A stretch of 64,000 nucleotides of DNA, from NCBI RefSeq assembly GCF_964194025.1, contig NC_134480.1, positions 19,964,001 to 20,028,000 of the forward strand, read 5' to 3'. The stretch comes from Convolutriloba macropyga (taxonomy: Eukaryota). A program made the position numbers and the translations under genes. Under the pieces are notes generated by a model that was given only the letters and a program-made list of their open reading frames with translations, did no database searches and was not told the origin of the DNA. Of this stretch, positions 12,687 to 26,652 are shown in pieces (position 1 is the stretch's first letter; the number at the start of each line of letters is the position of its first letter).

Positions 12687-15356
12687 AATTGTTCCGACCC
12701 TCTTGAGGGGGGAGGAACTATATACTCAACTGGGTTTTTTTTTGTTCCGTGAATTTTCGCCGCTCGATATATTCATCGTAGAGAGTTGAGACTGGTATCA
12801 TTAGAAAGCTCGTCCAGCGTAGAATATGGAATTAAAAAGATTTTTTAAATTTTCGTTTTCTACAGGGAGTTATCGAGGCTTAAACTTCTGAGAAAATAAG
12901 AGTGAATTCACGTTGTTTTTATTCACATTTTCCGGAATTTTTGCCTAAATTTTCGTCAATTTTGCTAAAATTTGTTATAATTTTTCAGAATAGTGTCGTT
13001 GATTTTATTTTTGAAGACGAACAAGCATTTTTGATTGTTTTGATTTAATTTTTTGGTCAAAAAATCTGGATAAACATTTCAAAATTTAGCCTTTTTCATC
13101 AACAACAGCACGAAATAAGATACTTTAGTCCACTTTGATTAAATTTGCCTACAGTACACCCCCAAACATCACTCGTACAATCTTTGTAGACTCAGAGGGG
13201 GGCTATTTCTACTTCAGAGTCCGCAGAGAGTTCCTTGTAGTTAAAACTTTGCCGTTTTTTGCTAACTTTACTCGTTGATTATCAAAAATGCAAAATTTAT
13301 TTTGAGTTTCAACTCAGAAATTATCTATATCTACAACATTCGAAAAATCAATTGTTCTTAACGGACAATTAAGTATTAACAGAGGTAGTTTTGGGCCATT
13401 CTTGGACTGTTACAATCCAAAAAAAATCGGGTTGTAATCAGTCGGTCTTTTTTTTTCAAAAAAAAAGACTTTTTTTAATAATAAAGAACAGAACATATCA
13501 AATCAAAGCTCAGGAGTGATAGGTCCAACCAATTCGTTTGCTAAACAGCTCCAGGCTAATGCATTTAGTTTTTTAATTGAAAGTTTATGGTCGTTTTTTT
13601 TAAAAAAATAATTGACTTTTCAATAAATAATGGCTTAATTAACTTTTCCTCTATTTTTTTCTTAATTTGTTCAACTTCCAGCTTAGTGTCAGCAAAAAAA
13701 GACTGCTTCTTCTTTCTACTGAGTTAACATTTATTCTCGGTTGCAGTTTTAAGCCTGAAATTATTGTTTTCTGGCTTTGATACTACAAGATTTTAGATTT
13801 TTGTTTGTTTTGATATTTGCCAGTTTTTCACGTTTTCTAATTTTGTCACATTATCACATTATTGACAGTTCTCATGTCACCTTATTAGCATTCAAATTCA
13901 AGCACAATTGAACATATTAAAATCCTGAAAGATATAAATCATCGTTTTAATGGCCTCGACGCCTCTTTCTTGAAGAAATCAATTGAATTTTTTAATTTTG
14001 TCTTAACTGTCATTTATACTTTGTCGTTTCGGTCGTATGAAATTTCCTGTATAGTGACAGCTTTCATTGGCTTTTCATGGAAGAATAGAAAAACCGATAT
14101 TCTGATATAGCAGATAGCTGATGGCTTTTATGACTTTCAAACCCATCGTTTTCCAAAATTAAAAAAAAAACTTTTTTAACTTCGCAATTTTGTTCTTTTT
14201 ATGTTTCTTTTTGTTACCTAATCTCGTTAGTTGATTACAGGTCAAATATGACATTATGGGTGTCAAGGGAATAAAAGGGATTGGTGTCCCAAAATCTTTT
14301 TTTAAAAGATTTTGTTATGACCTTACTGGCTTCGACACCGCTTTTTCACAAAAAAAAATAAATTAATTTGATTTCTGTCATATTTGACGTTCTTTTTCTA
14401 GATGCAAGAAATATTCTGGATAATTACAGGTCTCGAGGGTTTCCTTTTCATGAAAAAACGACGATATTTAAATAGCTCTTTTTGTAATTAATGCCTTTCT
14501 TGACATTGAATGTAATTTTGTTTCGAAAAAAAATTAAAAGTATTACATACTTTAGCACTTCGCCTTTTTGTCTACTTGTTACCTAGTCTTACTAATGAAT
14601 GGCCACGTACTACATTATAGCTGTTTGAAGAAGGCGCAATCAAATATATTTTGAGTGCCAAAATTTGGCTTGACGGTTTTGACAGCGTTTTCTGGCAAGT
14701 TTCAATTGAAATTTTGTTTGTTCTTTGTTGTTCTTTTTAGCCGCTCTTAAAAATGAATAAGGTCAGGTCCTAATGCCCTTCTATAGAAGCAATGGTAATC
14801 GCAAATTTGTGGTAATATTAATTTATTCCTAATGGTATTTATTACTTTGAAGTTAATTGTTTCAAAAAATTAAGTTAATTTTTTTTACTTTTGTTTTTGT
14901 TCTTTTTTGTATAATTGTTACCAAACCTTTTTATGGACTGGTCGCATATGTTTTCTGGTGATTTATAAGTTATTTTTGTTTAGTTTCAGGTTTATCTGAC
15001 GGTATGTTGACTTTGTTATTAAATTTAGTTTTTAAGAGGGACATAAATTTTTTGATATAATTAATGTTTGTTGTTGTTGTTGTTTGATTTTGCTGTTCGT
15101 TTTGACTCGCTTTCTTAATATTGACATATTACAGCAATCTAATGCATCAAATTTTACTCCACTGAGTTATTTGTTTTGGAGGTTATCTTATCGTTCATAC
15201 AGAATTTTTTGAAAAAGACTTGGGCTTTTTTGGGATTCGCAAAAAATAATTTTTGGGTTTTTCTATCTGTTCCTCATTTGGTAGACAATTATGCCAAAAT
15301 TTTGGATGGGCGGGGTCGGAACCTTATGTGCCATTGCACATTACCGAGCCGCCTTG
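12687..15356 (+). mobile_element. Long HINE-like element (family E) in the NAA38 intron, antisense to the host gene
   Basis: 5' tt|AATTGTTCCGACCC; 3' GGGTCGGAAC (inverted subTIR), perfect hairpin ATGTGC-catt-GCACAT, then CTTG|tt. Confidence 0.7.
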
Positions 15357-16283
15357 TTCGTATAAGGACTTTTTCAAGAAGTTTTCTTCTCCAGTGTATT
15401 GCTCAATTTTTACCACATAGTAGTCTAGTTTTTTTGAACAAAATGTGAAACCAACTAAAAGGCAATATAAGAACGTGCGTGACTTCCGGAGAGAGAACAC
15501 CTGCAAATTAATAATCTAGCTCATCTAAATTGTTACAGCTATTTTACGTCTAAGTACATGATAGGTCATAAATTTTAGTCGCCCGAGGGACTAACTGCCC
15601 TGACACGAAGGCGCTTGCGCCCGAGTTCTGGACACAAAGAACGTGGTGACTACGATTTGTTTTAACGTATTTAGAGAATCGAAAACTTTTCTCGACACTT
15701 GAGAAGGAATCAAGATTTTTCAAGTGCAAGAGGGCGACTATGTAGGGCAAGAATAACTAGAGTTAGGAGGGCAATTGTGGTTACAAAATTTAGACAAAGG
15801 CGCGGTTAAACATTAATATTGCTTACGTGTTTTCCCCTCCAGGTCCGTTTCGAAGATTTAATTACAAACTAATTGACTGTTGCGCTCCTGGAAGTTTTAG
15901 TTCCTGACAACTGAATTAATGGACAGTAAATGGAATCGTCAGTATTGGTGGAGTTTTGCTCAGTACCCATATACTACCCGATACAAAATGTGCGCATGAA
16001 CCGACATTAACCGACTAAGGTGGCAAAGGCTAGAATTTTTTATGGTGCAAAGATTTCTGGACTGAGAGGGGTTAGAACAATCATGGCTCACAATTGGTTT
16101 TATTTTATCAACACGCCTAATTTTTGAATGCACGCAATTCAAATCAGTCAAATCGAAAGAATGTTCAAGAAGAAAACGGTCATGCGGAAATTTTGCATTA
16201 AAAAGACATGTTTACAATAATTACATCACACTTCGTGCGAGAGCAATTAATTAATTTGATTTGATCATTTTGTTCACTCTCAC

Positions 16284-16500
16284 CTGGTCTTCCAGGAACA
16301 TATTCCTGAGTTCCCCCAAGAATGATATTAGCATCCTTGTCAGTACACAGGAAGTCACCAACCATCACTCTCCCGTCTGTGATTGTAACTGCAAACTGTT
16401 TATTCAGACAACTCCGAATGAAATCTTTGTCCTGTTCAGAGGAGTTCAACGAATCACTGTTTGACTCTACTGAGACGTCAGCCAGGTCGGCTAATTTCAT
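16284..16500 (-). CDS. NAA38: NatC auxiliary subunit NAA38/LSMD1 (Sm-like fold), exon 1
   Basis: LNKQFAVTITDGRVMVGDFLCTDKDANIILGGTQEY matches human [36 protein letters not shown]. Donor CCAG|GTGAGA, phase 1. Confidence 0.88.
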
Positions 16501-19034
16501 TTTACGTTCTGAAGTTGTTCATTGACGAAAGCATTTACTACGGCAGCTTCGCGCTTATAAGGAATTTGTGCCGATTTAAGCGTGCAAAAACTCTGTATTT
16601 TGTATTTAAATGTTATTGGTAAATCGTTCAAGTTTAGCCATTATGAAAAATTAATGAGACCATCCATAAGGTCAGTGCGCACCCTTACTAATGCCCATTG
16701 TTCAACGAAAAACCATACAAATCTTGAATATAAACAATAATGATACGAATTCCCCTGTTCCTATGAAATCCACTTGAGGGCAAAAAACGAAGCCTAACCG
16801 GCACAATAACGATACCCTCCAAGGGTCCTGCTAATATTCTAAACTTTAGAACGAACAAGTCCGAAAACAATCAGAATATTAGAAAAAGATGCAACAAAAA
16901 AAAAACAAAACCAAGAGTATTACCTGATAATTTTCGAGAATTTCTTTTGTTTTACAACACCAATGGTTGGTGTTTGGAGAAGATTCAGGCGATAACGGGG
17001 AAAACAGAAGGAAGATGGTTACCTCCAAAGCTCCCAAAATGACCCGCTTAGCTCAATAATGCCAGCGGTTCCTTGCTACTGTACGCTAGAAATTAGCGTT
17101 CTGTTGATTTCAATAAACTTTGTTTGGAAACATGAATTAGTTTTCAAAAGCAAAGTCACATAAGAGGAGGATGTGAAGTAATATGCTCCGGCTTATTAAC
17201 ATAGCCGGCAGACTGCGGAATTGGCTCGAAAAAAGGTGAACGATTTATTTCCCCGCCTTCAGCACGGGGGCATCGGCCAGGATGAACTCAATAAGGCGCT
17301 CCAAATGATGTTATTAGATCTTATTTTAGACCATTACTTTTATATCCACTGATTTAAAAAATGAAATCAAACTAACTTCGGCGCGCCGTTGATTCGACAT
17401 GTAATAGTAAACTGGCAACTACTCAGTTCAGCTGCTTAATTTTTTGAAATTGCGAACCAGAGTTAAATTGCCGCACGTGAACAAAAAACAAGTAGCGAGA
17501 AAGCCTACTTTTGTTCAAACACGTTCGTCTCATTCTTTTTTAAATTTTCAAGGAAAAATTGCACGCTGCAAATACAGGTATTTTTTGAGCTTCACTTCCT
17601 GTTTCGGCGTGACAAAAAGCATCATTTCAATTTGAATTCAAAAATCAATAAAATGTGTGAACAGATCGTAAAAAAATAGCCAGAAGAGTTCCGGAAACGA
17701 CTCGAAGTATACATACAATAGACTATCCTCGCTGATCTAATGAAAATTCTACGTAATTATACCAAGCATTTTAAAACAACAACACAAAAAACAACATGAG
17801 AAAACAACTGACAAAGACTGAGAGAGCATCTGATAAAATCTGTTGCTACAGACCCTGCAATGCAGTCACAAAACTATTAAAAAAGCAAAGGACAAAAAAC
17901 ATGAAAAAAATAGTTTTTTTTTATTCCAGTGAAAAGTGCCATATCTAGCCTTCTAGTGTTATAGCAGCAAAATCATACACAATGGCTGTTCAATGTCAAC
18001 AGACCAGAAAAAACTGCAACGAGGAGCGTGAAATCAAAAATCGGCAAAAGTTCGAAAAGGACAAACTAAAAACCAGCAAAACTGCTAGACCAGCTAATTT
18101 CAACCACAATACTCCCCAATTGCCAAAATAAAAACAAGAAAAATACAAACTGTTAGAAAAGCTTAAAAGAAGGCAAAATGGTGGAAACAAAATAGAGAAA
18201 TGAAACTAAAAATGCAACATTTGCTTCAAATGGTCAAAAATCCCTCCAAACACACTATTAAAGGTTTAGATAATTGAGAGAAACACTGTTGACTGAAAAA
18301 TTTCAGATAAAACTACAAAACTGCCTTGAAAAAGCAGCATTTTATCTACTAAAAATTTTGCTCATTTAGCACAAAAAATTCACACTTAGGTTTCTCTGTC
18401 AAAAAACGATTTGAACAGATAGCCACTTTTTCTCTCCGCTCTTCAATTCGTTCAGTCGTTTGAACTTGGTTTTCAGATGCGATATTGACCATAACATCCT
18501 GTTTTAAATATCAAATAAACTCCAAAAATTATCGAACAGAAAACTCTTTGAGAGTGAGGTAAATCACGTCAAGACCTAAAACTTATTCAGATGAACGAAA
18601 AAACTCGTTCCAGTAAGCGTATAGATGGGGTCGCGCACGCAACCCAATACAAAATGCATCAGCACCACAAAGACGGTATCAGCACGGATGCTCTGGTCTT
18701 TATTATTTGATACTACTTCCCCTAAAGGTCTGATGACTAAACACCTGAGGCTCCGGCCAATAGGGAACTTTTCTAGGATAATCTAAATGACGCTACTATA
18801 AGTTATTATCGAGCACTAATTCGAATTAAAGTATAGTGAAACCAAAATCCGCAATTTTAAATTGACTATCAGTACTAATATTCCACAATTGAGGAAGCAC
18901 ATAACTTCACGAATCAAAGTGAAACAGGTAACTGAGAAAAGTTAGCTAAAAGCAGTGAAAACATTTATTATATCACTGGAAATAATAAATTGAGACTTCG
19001 TAAAGGAAAAGAAACTTGAGAAAACTTCAACAAA

Positions 19035-19044
19035 CATAACCGTC

Positions 19045-19088
<44 letters not shown>

Positions 19089-19426
19089 CTCTGTCTCTCT
19101 CATAGGACTCGGCGAACGCTTGGCTTCGTTCTTATTTGCAGGAAAGACTTGGAGAGGAGTTGAAAGGGGGCTCCAAGCTGCCAGAAAATGGCTTTGCGCC
19201 TTCCCAGCATTTTATCTCTTCCCAGCAGCTTTGGTGAATAGTACACTAGAGACTAGTAGAGCTCTAAAAGAGCAGTGCAGTGACATAAAGCCCCCGGGTT
19301 TTGACTAATTAAACCATTTTTGAGAACAAAAAGTTATAACGTCAGACAAAAAATCGATCAAAATAAAAAATTGCATAAAGACAGCAGGACTAATATTTTT
19401 GCTACAAACTTCTTTTGAGAGCAGCT
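19035..19426 (-). mobile_element. HINE family C copy with a (CT)n expansion at the subTIR
   Basis: CATAACCG-(CT)n-GACTCGGCGAACGCTTGGCTTCG ... GCTACAAACTTCTTTTGAGAGCAGCT. Confidence 0.65.
19047..19101. repeat. (CT)n microsatellite
   Basis: Direct reading. Confidence 0.95.
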
Positions 19427-20170
19427 AAACAATTTCTCTTGTTACAGTTAAACTGGTATCTAACTTCCCTAAAGCAATCTGTGATCACCTCTCAAATCAA
19501 AAACTCAACATGAAAAAAATTAATTCGGTGTTCACTATTACCATATCTCAGCAAGAATGATTCCAATCTAAATTAACTTCAAACAGCGCACGCAAAAAAA
19601 ATCGATGGATTGAACTGTGTAGAGATTGATCGAGGCTCTCAGTTGATTACGATCCCTTTCAAACTTCTGACAGAAATTCTCGCAAGCAAGACAAAAGCTA
19701 ATTAATTTTTTTGAAAAATTGACAACTGAGGGCCTGTTAATTAAAATAGCAGTATTAACACTACCGTTACATTTGTCACAAGTTAAAATTTAATTCGAAG
19801 CATTATTACTTTTACATCAGATGAGGCAATTGTACACAAGTTCTCCATGGTGTAACGAACATCTAAACATCCTATATTATAGTTGTTGGTATAAATAGCA
19901 TCATTGGGGAGGGAGAGGGAAGGGGACTATTTTCAGAATAGACAATTACAGCATAACTGTGGCATTTTTGCATATCGGCACCAATGCTCCCGTTGGGGCA
20001 TATCCTGTTAATTGTGAAAATATTTAGCTGATGGCTGGTCGTAGAAGTTTGATGAAGTCATGATTTCGCTGATTTACGGATAGCCCGGTCACGTTTCGAG
20101 GAAGCTTGCAATTGGGAGATGAAACCGGTCACAATTGGGTTTGGAGGGGTAGGAGTGGGTGGGGTAGTGC

Positions 20171-20317
20171 TTAAGAATATCCTGGAGATCCCTCGGGGGG
20201 CTGCTGCAATTTGGCGTTCTCTTTGCTTCCCATGATGGTGCGTATTGACTCTAAGGCCTTTTTGATTGTGTAGTCTGGCTTCCAGTTTTTCAGAACGTCC
20301 ACCTTGTCAATGATAAC
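20171..20317 (-). CDS. UBE2V: UBE2V exon 3 (terminal); 141-aa protein overall
   Basis: Acceptor ttttcag|GTT. VLKNWKPDYTIKKALESIRTIMGSKENAKLQQPPEG matches human VLAKWQNSYSIK...MMSKENMKLPQPPEG. Confidence 0.93.
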   Translation of the reverse strand, partial: VIIDKVDVLKNWKPDYTIKKALESIRTIMGSKENAKLQQPPEGSPGYS

Positions 20318-20750
20318 CTGAAAAACATTCATCCTTGTTCTCTGAACTCCAATTCCAACAGCTGAGACACTCAAAGCGTGTAAACACTTAAATTTTTTAA
20401 GTTAAAAAATAGTCAGTCAAAATACCGATTTTTCCGTTATTTCACAACAATTTTAGATCTTTGCGATTGTTGACAAAAACCTGCCAATTTCTGAAACTTT
20501 TTTTTAAAATTTGCCAATGAGAATCAGTCTTTTCTGTTTCCAGTTAACTTAGCTTGTTCAGTGAAAAATGGAAAACAATGATTATTAGCAACAAAAACCG
20601 TTGGAAGACCTGGCTTCAATGAAATTGAATGGTTGTGTTAAATTTGAGAAACAGTAATTGACACCAAGAAAAACTGGTAAGACTGCAAAAAAGAGGTTGG
20701 AACAAAATTTCCAAATGTTTTAGTTGTCAACTAAAACAGAATTTGAACAA

Positions 20751-21270
20751 CATAGCCGCTAATATGTCAGACAATAGCCCCCGTTGACCCGCTTGACGCA
20801 TATCGAGATTGAAACAGAAAAAGAAAAAAACAAGACACAAAATTTGATAGGGTTTTTCTAAGTGTCAAAAAAGTTCCAATTTGATGTACATTTTAGTTAG
20901 ATTCTAAAACAACTTAATTCAGCTTCTAAAATGAAGGTTATAGAGCTTAATACTAATGCGAGCTAGCAATCTCTCTAATGAACTTTGATAACCTAATGCA
21001 CTATGACTTTATGGCCGAGTTTTAAAGGTTTATCCCTTTCAGTTGATTTTGCTCTTTTCACTTTGACCGTATTCTCTACATTACTTTATTCAATGAGTTA
21101 TTCAAGAATCAAAAATCCATTCAGTTGAAACAGTGAGTGAAGTAAGTCACGATTGAAACGTGAAAAACGTGACTTATGTAATACGAAAAACAAGCTCAAA
21201 AGGAAAAGCAAATTTTAAAAATATGGATAGCGCCTGAATAACAACCGCTGAGAGGCTGACGGCGGCTATT
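20751..21270 (-). mobile_element. HINE family A copy lacking the D insert
   Basis: CATAGCCGC...AATAGCCCCCG ... GGCGGCTATT|aa. Shares the internal GAGTGA(A/G)GTAAGTCA motif with other A copies. Confidence 0.65.
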
Positions 21271-22208
21271 AAATTTATTCATACCAATTTACTGCGTTAA
21301 GAACTTAAAAGTTCAACTGAAACAAACAACTCCAAATATCACAGAATAGATAGGTACAGCCCATAGTAACTATTAATAAACGTGAGTAACAACTAAGAAA
21401 CCGCTTACAAACTTTCACCAAAAATTTGCAGACACGACCGATTAAAAAAACAGAAGACCGTCATAACCATCCCTCAAAGGAAATCATGCAAACTAGAAAA
21501 GAATAATTTTCAACCGACCTGTAAATTGAAGGGAGATAGCAGTCAGTGATTACTGTGACCCCCTATTGAGATCGAAATATGAAAAGAACATTATTGATCT
21601 TTTACAAAAGTGTCCGAAGTGCGTGGTATTTCGATTGTATTTCGTGGTTAGTCACACTCCTCTTTGATGAGGGATACACGAGTTAGTATAAACACCAATA
21701 AACATTAAGCCTGGTAACAGACAAAGTTCACATACAGAGTGCGTAGAATTGCGCTTTATAGGTATATGCAATTCCAATTTTTGATTTCGTTTTCCTAAAA
21801 TTGCTATTCAGTTTAATTTATTTTGCTTATCAGTTGACGTCTAAATGCACTTTGAGAAGGAGCAAAAATGAAACTGACTGAGAGAAAGGGAAATGATTTC
21901 ACGCAAAATGTCGAAAAAGATGAGAAAATAAGTAGACGCAACAACTCTTATCTGACGTAAAGAAACAGGACATGTCCTTAGATACAATCCAAAGAATCGA
22001 TCCACAAAAAACAATCCTTGACCTGACCAGCAGAACAATTAAACGATACGAGACAAGAGAAAAAGTCAAGAGGACAAAAACTACTCAATATTTGTGGAAG
22101 GTTTCTGGCCCGAATGTCTTCAAATTGAAAATTGCAATAATAAACTCAACGAACGATCACATTTGCGATCTCAAAGAGGTTTAATTGACACTTGAACTCA
22201 TAAAAAAA

Positions 22209-23215
22209 CATAGCCGGCAGATTGCCGGAAAATAGCCGCAATAGACGCTTGTGGCTTGCTTGTGGCTTAACATGAATTGAAACAACTATAGAAAAAAAAA
22301 TAGACAGATCGACCACCAGTCCTTTAACAGACCACTAGACTTTTTGGGTTAGCTTCTGACTGTCATTTTTATGAGACACATAAGCTCTGAGGAGAAAGAG
22401 CCCTAATAGGGCTTTTCAAAATTAGAATGTTTTCAGTTCGTGCCCCCTCAGCTTAGTGGGCGCATATTATTTGACCCCCCAGATGCACGTGCAATATTTG
22501 GGGGGGGGGGGGGGCACAAACGGAAAAGATCCCAAAATTAATATTCGAAATCAAAAACTCAAGACTCTAATATTCAAGAATTAGGGCAAATGTTTGGCAC
22601 TACTTAGATGCACACTATTGACCTTTAATAAGTAAATGTTCACAAAATTTAAAGTTTCATAAGTGAGCTCAGAAGTCATTTTTGGAGTGAGGTAAGTCAT
22701 TGAAAAAGTCAATTCCAAGAAGTTACGGTAAGACAAAACAAAAATCTGTTAGATGAAGTAAAAAAACATAGCAGGACAAGTCCTGACGTACAATTCAAAG
22801 AATTTTCATTGACTAAACAGAAAACTAGACGAAGAACGGACTTTGAATGGATTGTGAAAACCATTTAGAAAATCCGATCCAAAAAATTGAAAAAACTGTA
22901 AAAATCAAAGTGAAATTGCCGCATGTGAACAAAAAACACTAGCGAGAAAGCGAATTTTGTTCAACCACCGTTTTCTCACACTACTTTAAATTTAGAGAGA
23001 AAAAATTTCACGCCGCAAAACCACTCGCTTTTTCGCTCCACTTCTTGTTTCGGCGTGACCAAAATCATTACTCCAATTTGACTTCAAAAATCATGAAAAT
23101 GTGTGAACAGAGCTTAAAAAAAAGACAGCGCCCCAATACAATTCAAATTCTTTGAATTGTAAAAAGAAATTTAGGAGCGCTATAACAGCCGCCTAGAATT
23201 GAGGACGGGGCTATT
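22209..23215 (-). mobile_element. HINE family A with nested family D (22767-23160) and a MITE
   Basis: CATAGCCGGCAGATTGCCGGAAAATAGCCGC ... GGGGCTATT|aa; D termini intact. Confidence 0.75.
22425..22532. mobile_element. MITE with 8-bp TSD CAAAATTA
   Basis: Imperfect TIR GAATGTTTTCAGTTCGTGCCCCC/GGGGGCACAAACGGAAAAGATCC; CAAAATTA on both flanks. Confidence 0.72.
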
Positions 23216-23750
23216 AATCATATACAAAATTGCGAAAATCAAAGAAACTTGTCAATTTCGCATACTTAAATCTTCGAGACTAACTCTCCCAGCCGAAAAG
23301 CATCAAATCAACTGAATTTCAGACTAGTTAGTTGAACCTTGGTTCGACAACTGGAGGCAAAATGACTCAATAAACAAAAATTTGAAAACATAAGCTTACT
23401 AAAACGTTGCTTCTTGAACTAATGTTCTTGAAACTAATGTCCTCAAAAAAACCATTTTCTTGCTGCTAAAACCAAACCATTGACCCAAGCAGAAGACTTT
23501 CAAAAATTACTTGGCTGCCAAGAAAGCCATTACTCACTTTTGGTTTGTAAAATACCTGAGAACCAAAACCTCTCTTCGAACCGTAAAAAGCCTGTAGAAA
23601 ACCAATACTCCTCTTTGAGTCCCAAAAGACGCATGATACTACAATAATTGCTGCATACTTCATTCGGGAGCAGTCGAGCATAATTGATATTAAGCACAAA
23701 AAGCAAGCAAAGAATGATAGTGGTATGTGTTGTGGATGCGGAGTGCGTAC

Positions 23751-23873
23751 CCTTCCTTTTTGGTCTACGCAGGTGCAATTAACTCTGGTGGTGAAGCTCA
23801 TGACTGGGGGAACCGCGGGATAGTCCTTGGACACCTTGATGTGAAGCGTGTAGATGCGAGAATCAAATGTCGA
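23751..23873 (-). CDS. UBE2V: UBE2V exon 2
   Basis: Acceptor atttcag|TCG. STFDSRIYTLHIKVSKDYPAVPPVMSFTTRVNCTCVDQKGR, with no HPN motif. Donor AGG|GTACGC. Confidence 0.92.
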
Positions 23874-24166
23874 CTGAAATAAACAAAACTCACTACTCCC
23901 ACGATTAGCAGACAAAGTTCCAACATCAGATTATTTTAATCTTATCATTTACAATTGTAATTTACCCTTTCAAACATGAATAGTAAAGTTCTCAGGAGTT
24001 GAGCAATGTCTAAGCAAGCTACGTGTATATGTTAGAAGCAATAGAAAAAAATTGAAACGCACCGTGGGTTCAGAAACAATCCAGCTCACAAAGTTGCAAA
24101 AAGTCTGCAACTGAAACGCGCTTAAATAATAAAAACTTGAAAATTTACGCTAAGATAAACAAAATT

Positions 24167-24329
24167 GGGATCTTTTCCGTTTGTCGTAAGAAAAAGGACA
24201 GCTGAGAACAGGCCGCTGTGGCCTAATGCTGTTCAGCTGCGATTACGCAGGAACCAAAATTATTTTATATTTTATGTAATACCACGTGCTCTGTAACTAG
24301 GGGGCGCATAATTTTGTGGAAAAGATACC
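24167..24329. mobile_element. Related MITE
   Basis: GGGATCTTTTCC ... GGAAAAGATACC, flanked by ACAAAATT and ACAAAATC. Confidence 0.55.
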
Positions 24330-24814
24330 ACAAAATCAGTAACTCGTTCGCTATTAAAAGTCTATCAAGAAATGCATTTCAAACTCTCATATTAATTGCG
24401 AATAGCTCGGTGAAGTGCAAGCCGGTACTTTTCATTATTACGCTATTAATAAGCTTAAAAAATGAGAACTAATTCGAGAAACTGATTTACCCCTCCAATT
24501 TTAGTGCCCAATAAAAATGGTATATCCTAAGAAATCCCATCAAAACTATTAATTAAATTGGTAGCTCTGGGTTCAAATTATCAAATTTTGTGAAATAAAG
24601 AAAAAATCTGCCATTTGACCTCTATTAAAAGCAGTAAACTATTCCAATACGTGACCAGTTTAAAACACGGCATATTTGCTATTGGAATGTACCCTTTATA
24701 CTTGTGATACTTTTGATGCTCTATGGCCGATAAAACACACGATAAAATATCTGAAAGATTCTCCAGAAGTTCGTCAATTAATTCTCCGCAAGTTTATCAA
24801 TCAATTCATTTTCT

Positions 24815-25020
24815 AATTGTTCCGACCCACCTTTCTGGGGAGGATGTATATACTCAAATGCGTTTTTTGTTCAGTCAATTTCCGCCGATCGATATTTTCA
24901 TCACAGAGAGTTGTGAGTAATAGCATTAGAAAGCCCGTCCAGCGTAGAATATGAAATTAAAAAGTTTTTTTTTTTCGAATTTCGTTTTGAGCATGGAGTT
25001 ATCGAGGTTTCAAGTTTTGT
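24815..25020 (+). mobile_element. 5' portion of a second family E element (3' end not found)
   Basis: AATTGTTCCGACCC...CATTAGAAAGC(C/T)CGTCCAGCGTAGAATATG...GGAGTTATCGAGG is collinear with 12687-12885. Confidence 0.65.
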
Positions 25021-26500
25021 AAACATTTTAACGGATTTCAGTAGCTTTTGTTCACATTAAAACACCTTTTTCAATAGTTAACCAAGTTTTCACGGTTTTA
25101 ATTTAGAAGACAGAACGAAGTTGCTGAGGAGTCTGATCCAAAATTTTTCCTAACATTTTTTGCTTAATTTTCCTGGTAAAATTAACCGGAGGTACACACC
25201 GAAAAACTGCTGACGTAGTCTTCTCAAACACCAAATTGGCTACTTTTACCTTTGCTTGCTATGGAACTGTTCTGAAATTCAATGTTTGCCGGGTTTTTTT
25301 CCAATTTAACTCGATAATATTCAAAAATTTGTCAGTTATTTTTGATATGAAATTTTCCGTAATATTATGTATTTCACTGACATTTGGAACAATTACCTGT
25401 TTTAAAATGACGACAGCAATATAGGGTAGGTTTTTGTCTGATCGCAGGATCGAATTGTATAGTTCGCTGTTCATTTCTATTCTTAAAATTTTTTTCGATG
25501 TTTGTTGTTTCTTTAGTTAATTGCCGCAATGCTATTACACAAGAATGAATTCAAACTATTACTCAATTACCGACATATGTTCTTAACGAACAAATGAAGA
25601 CCAATAAAAATATATAAATTTCATTTATAAGCTCGAAGTATTTATGGTTTCAACACTTTTTTTGAGTAATTTTTTTCGGATTTTGGGTTTTATTTGATGT
25701 TTTTTGTAGTCTTCAGTTTTAGTTTCGCTAAAGACATATCGAATTGGCGTCCTATAGTTTTCTTAGTTGAAAGCTCATTGATTACGATTTTCAAAAATAA
25801 GTTTGCAAAACAAATATTGAACTTTGGAGATTTTGCCATAAATTAAACTTATCTCAGTCAACTTGTAGCTCAGTACCAGCAATGAGGTTGCATCAATTTT
25901 CTAGTTAATTGAATTGTCGAACTCAATGTGCTCAATGTTTTCAGAAAAGGTTTGGCTTTGAGACTCAAGAGTTTTCTTTTTATTTGTACATTTGTCCATT
26001 TAGTCTATATTTTTGAACACGTCTTTTCTTTTGTCACATTTTTACGTTAATGACTGGACAAATATCACAAATATTAAAATTTGGTTTCGTCTTGATTTTG
26101 ATTTTCTTGTCTCGTATTCGTGTTATTGGCATATCTCAACCGCCCTCTGAAATCGCCTTGTCTACCGTTTAATGGTTTATATTTAGAGCAGTTTTTTATT
26201 CATACACCAATTATTTTCGAGATATATGTAAAAATTTGAAAACTTGCTATCTCGTCCTCTGTCGCAAGACAATTAAATCGGAAATATAAATCAGCGGGCT
26301 GGGAACATTGTTCAATCGCACGTTGCCAAGCCTCCTTGTTTTCTTATTGGCATTTAAACATACCACCCGAGAACAATTTTGCTTATAGGAAACTTTTGTG
26401 GTCTGTTTCATAAACTGTCGACAATGGAACAAATCAGCCTTTTTGTAAATACCTGTTCTAAGCCTGCCGACGTTGAAAAATCAGATGGCTGTGAATTTTA

Positions 26501-26652
26501 TTTGAAAGTAGCTCATTTCTTAGAAATATAAAACTCCCAGTTATGTCTACAGCTCACACAAGTTAAAGAAAGAACTTTGAAAGTAGCTCATTTCTTAGAA
26601 ATATAAAACTCCCAAAGTTATGTCTACAGCTCACACAAGTTAAAGAAAGAAC
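26501..26652. repeat. ~75-bp direct tandem duplication
   Basis: TTTGAAAGTAGCTCATTTCTTAGAAATATAAAACTCCC...AAAGAAAGAAC occurs twice, differing by a 2-nt indel. Confidence 0.9.

Noticed and set aside
16284-16500. Spliceosomal SmB or LSm protein
   Set aside because: FLCTD.D.N.ILG and GL..VPG.HI match NAA38/LSMD1, and there is no RG- or Pro-rich tail.
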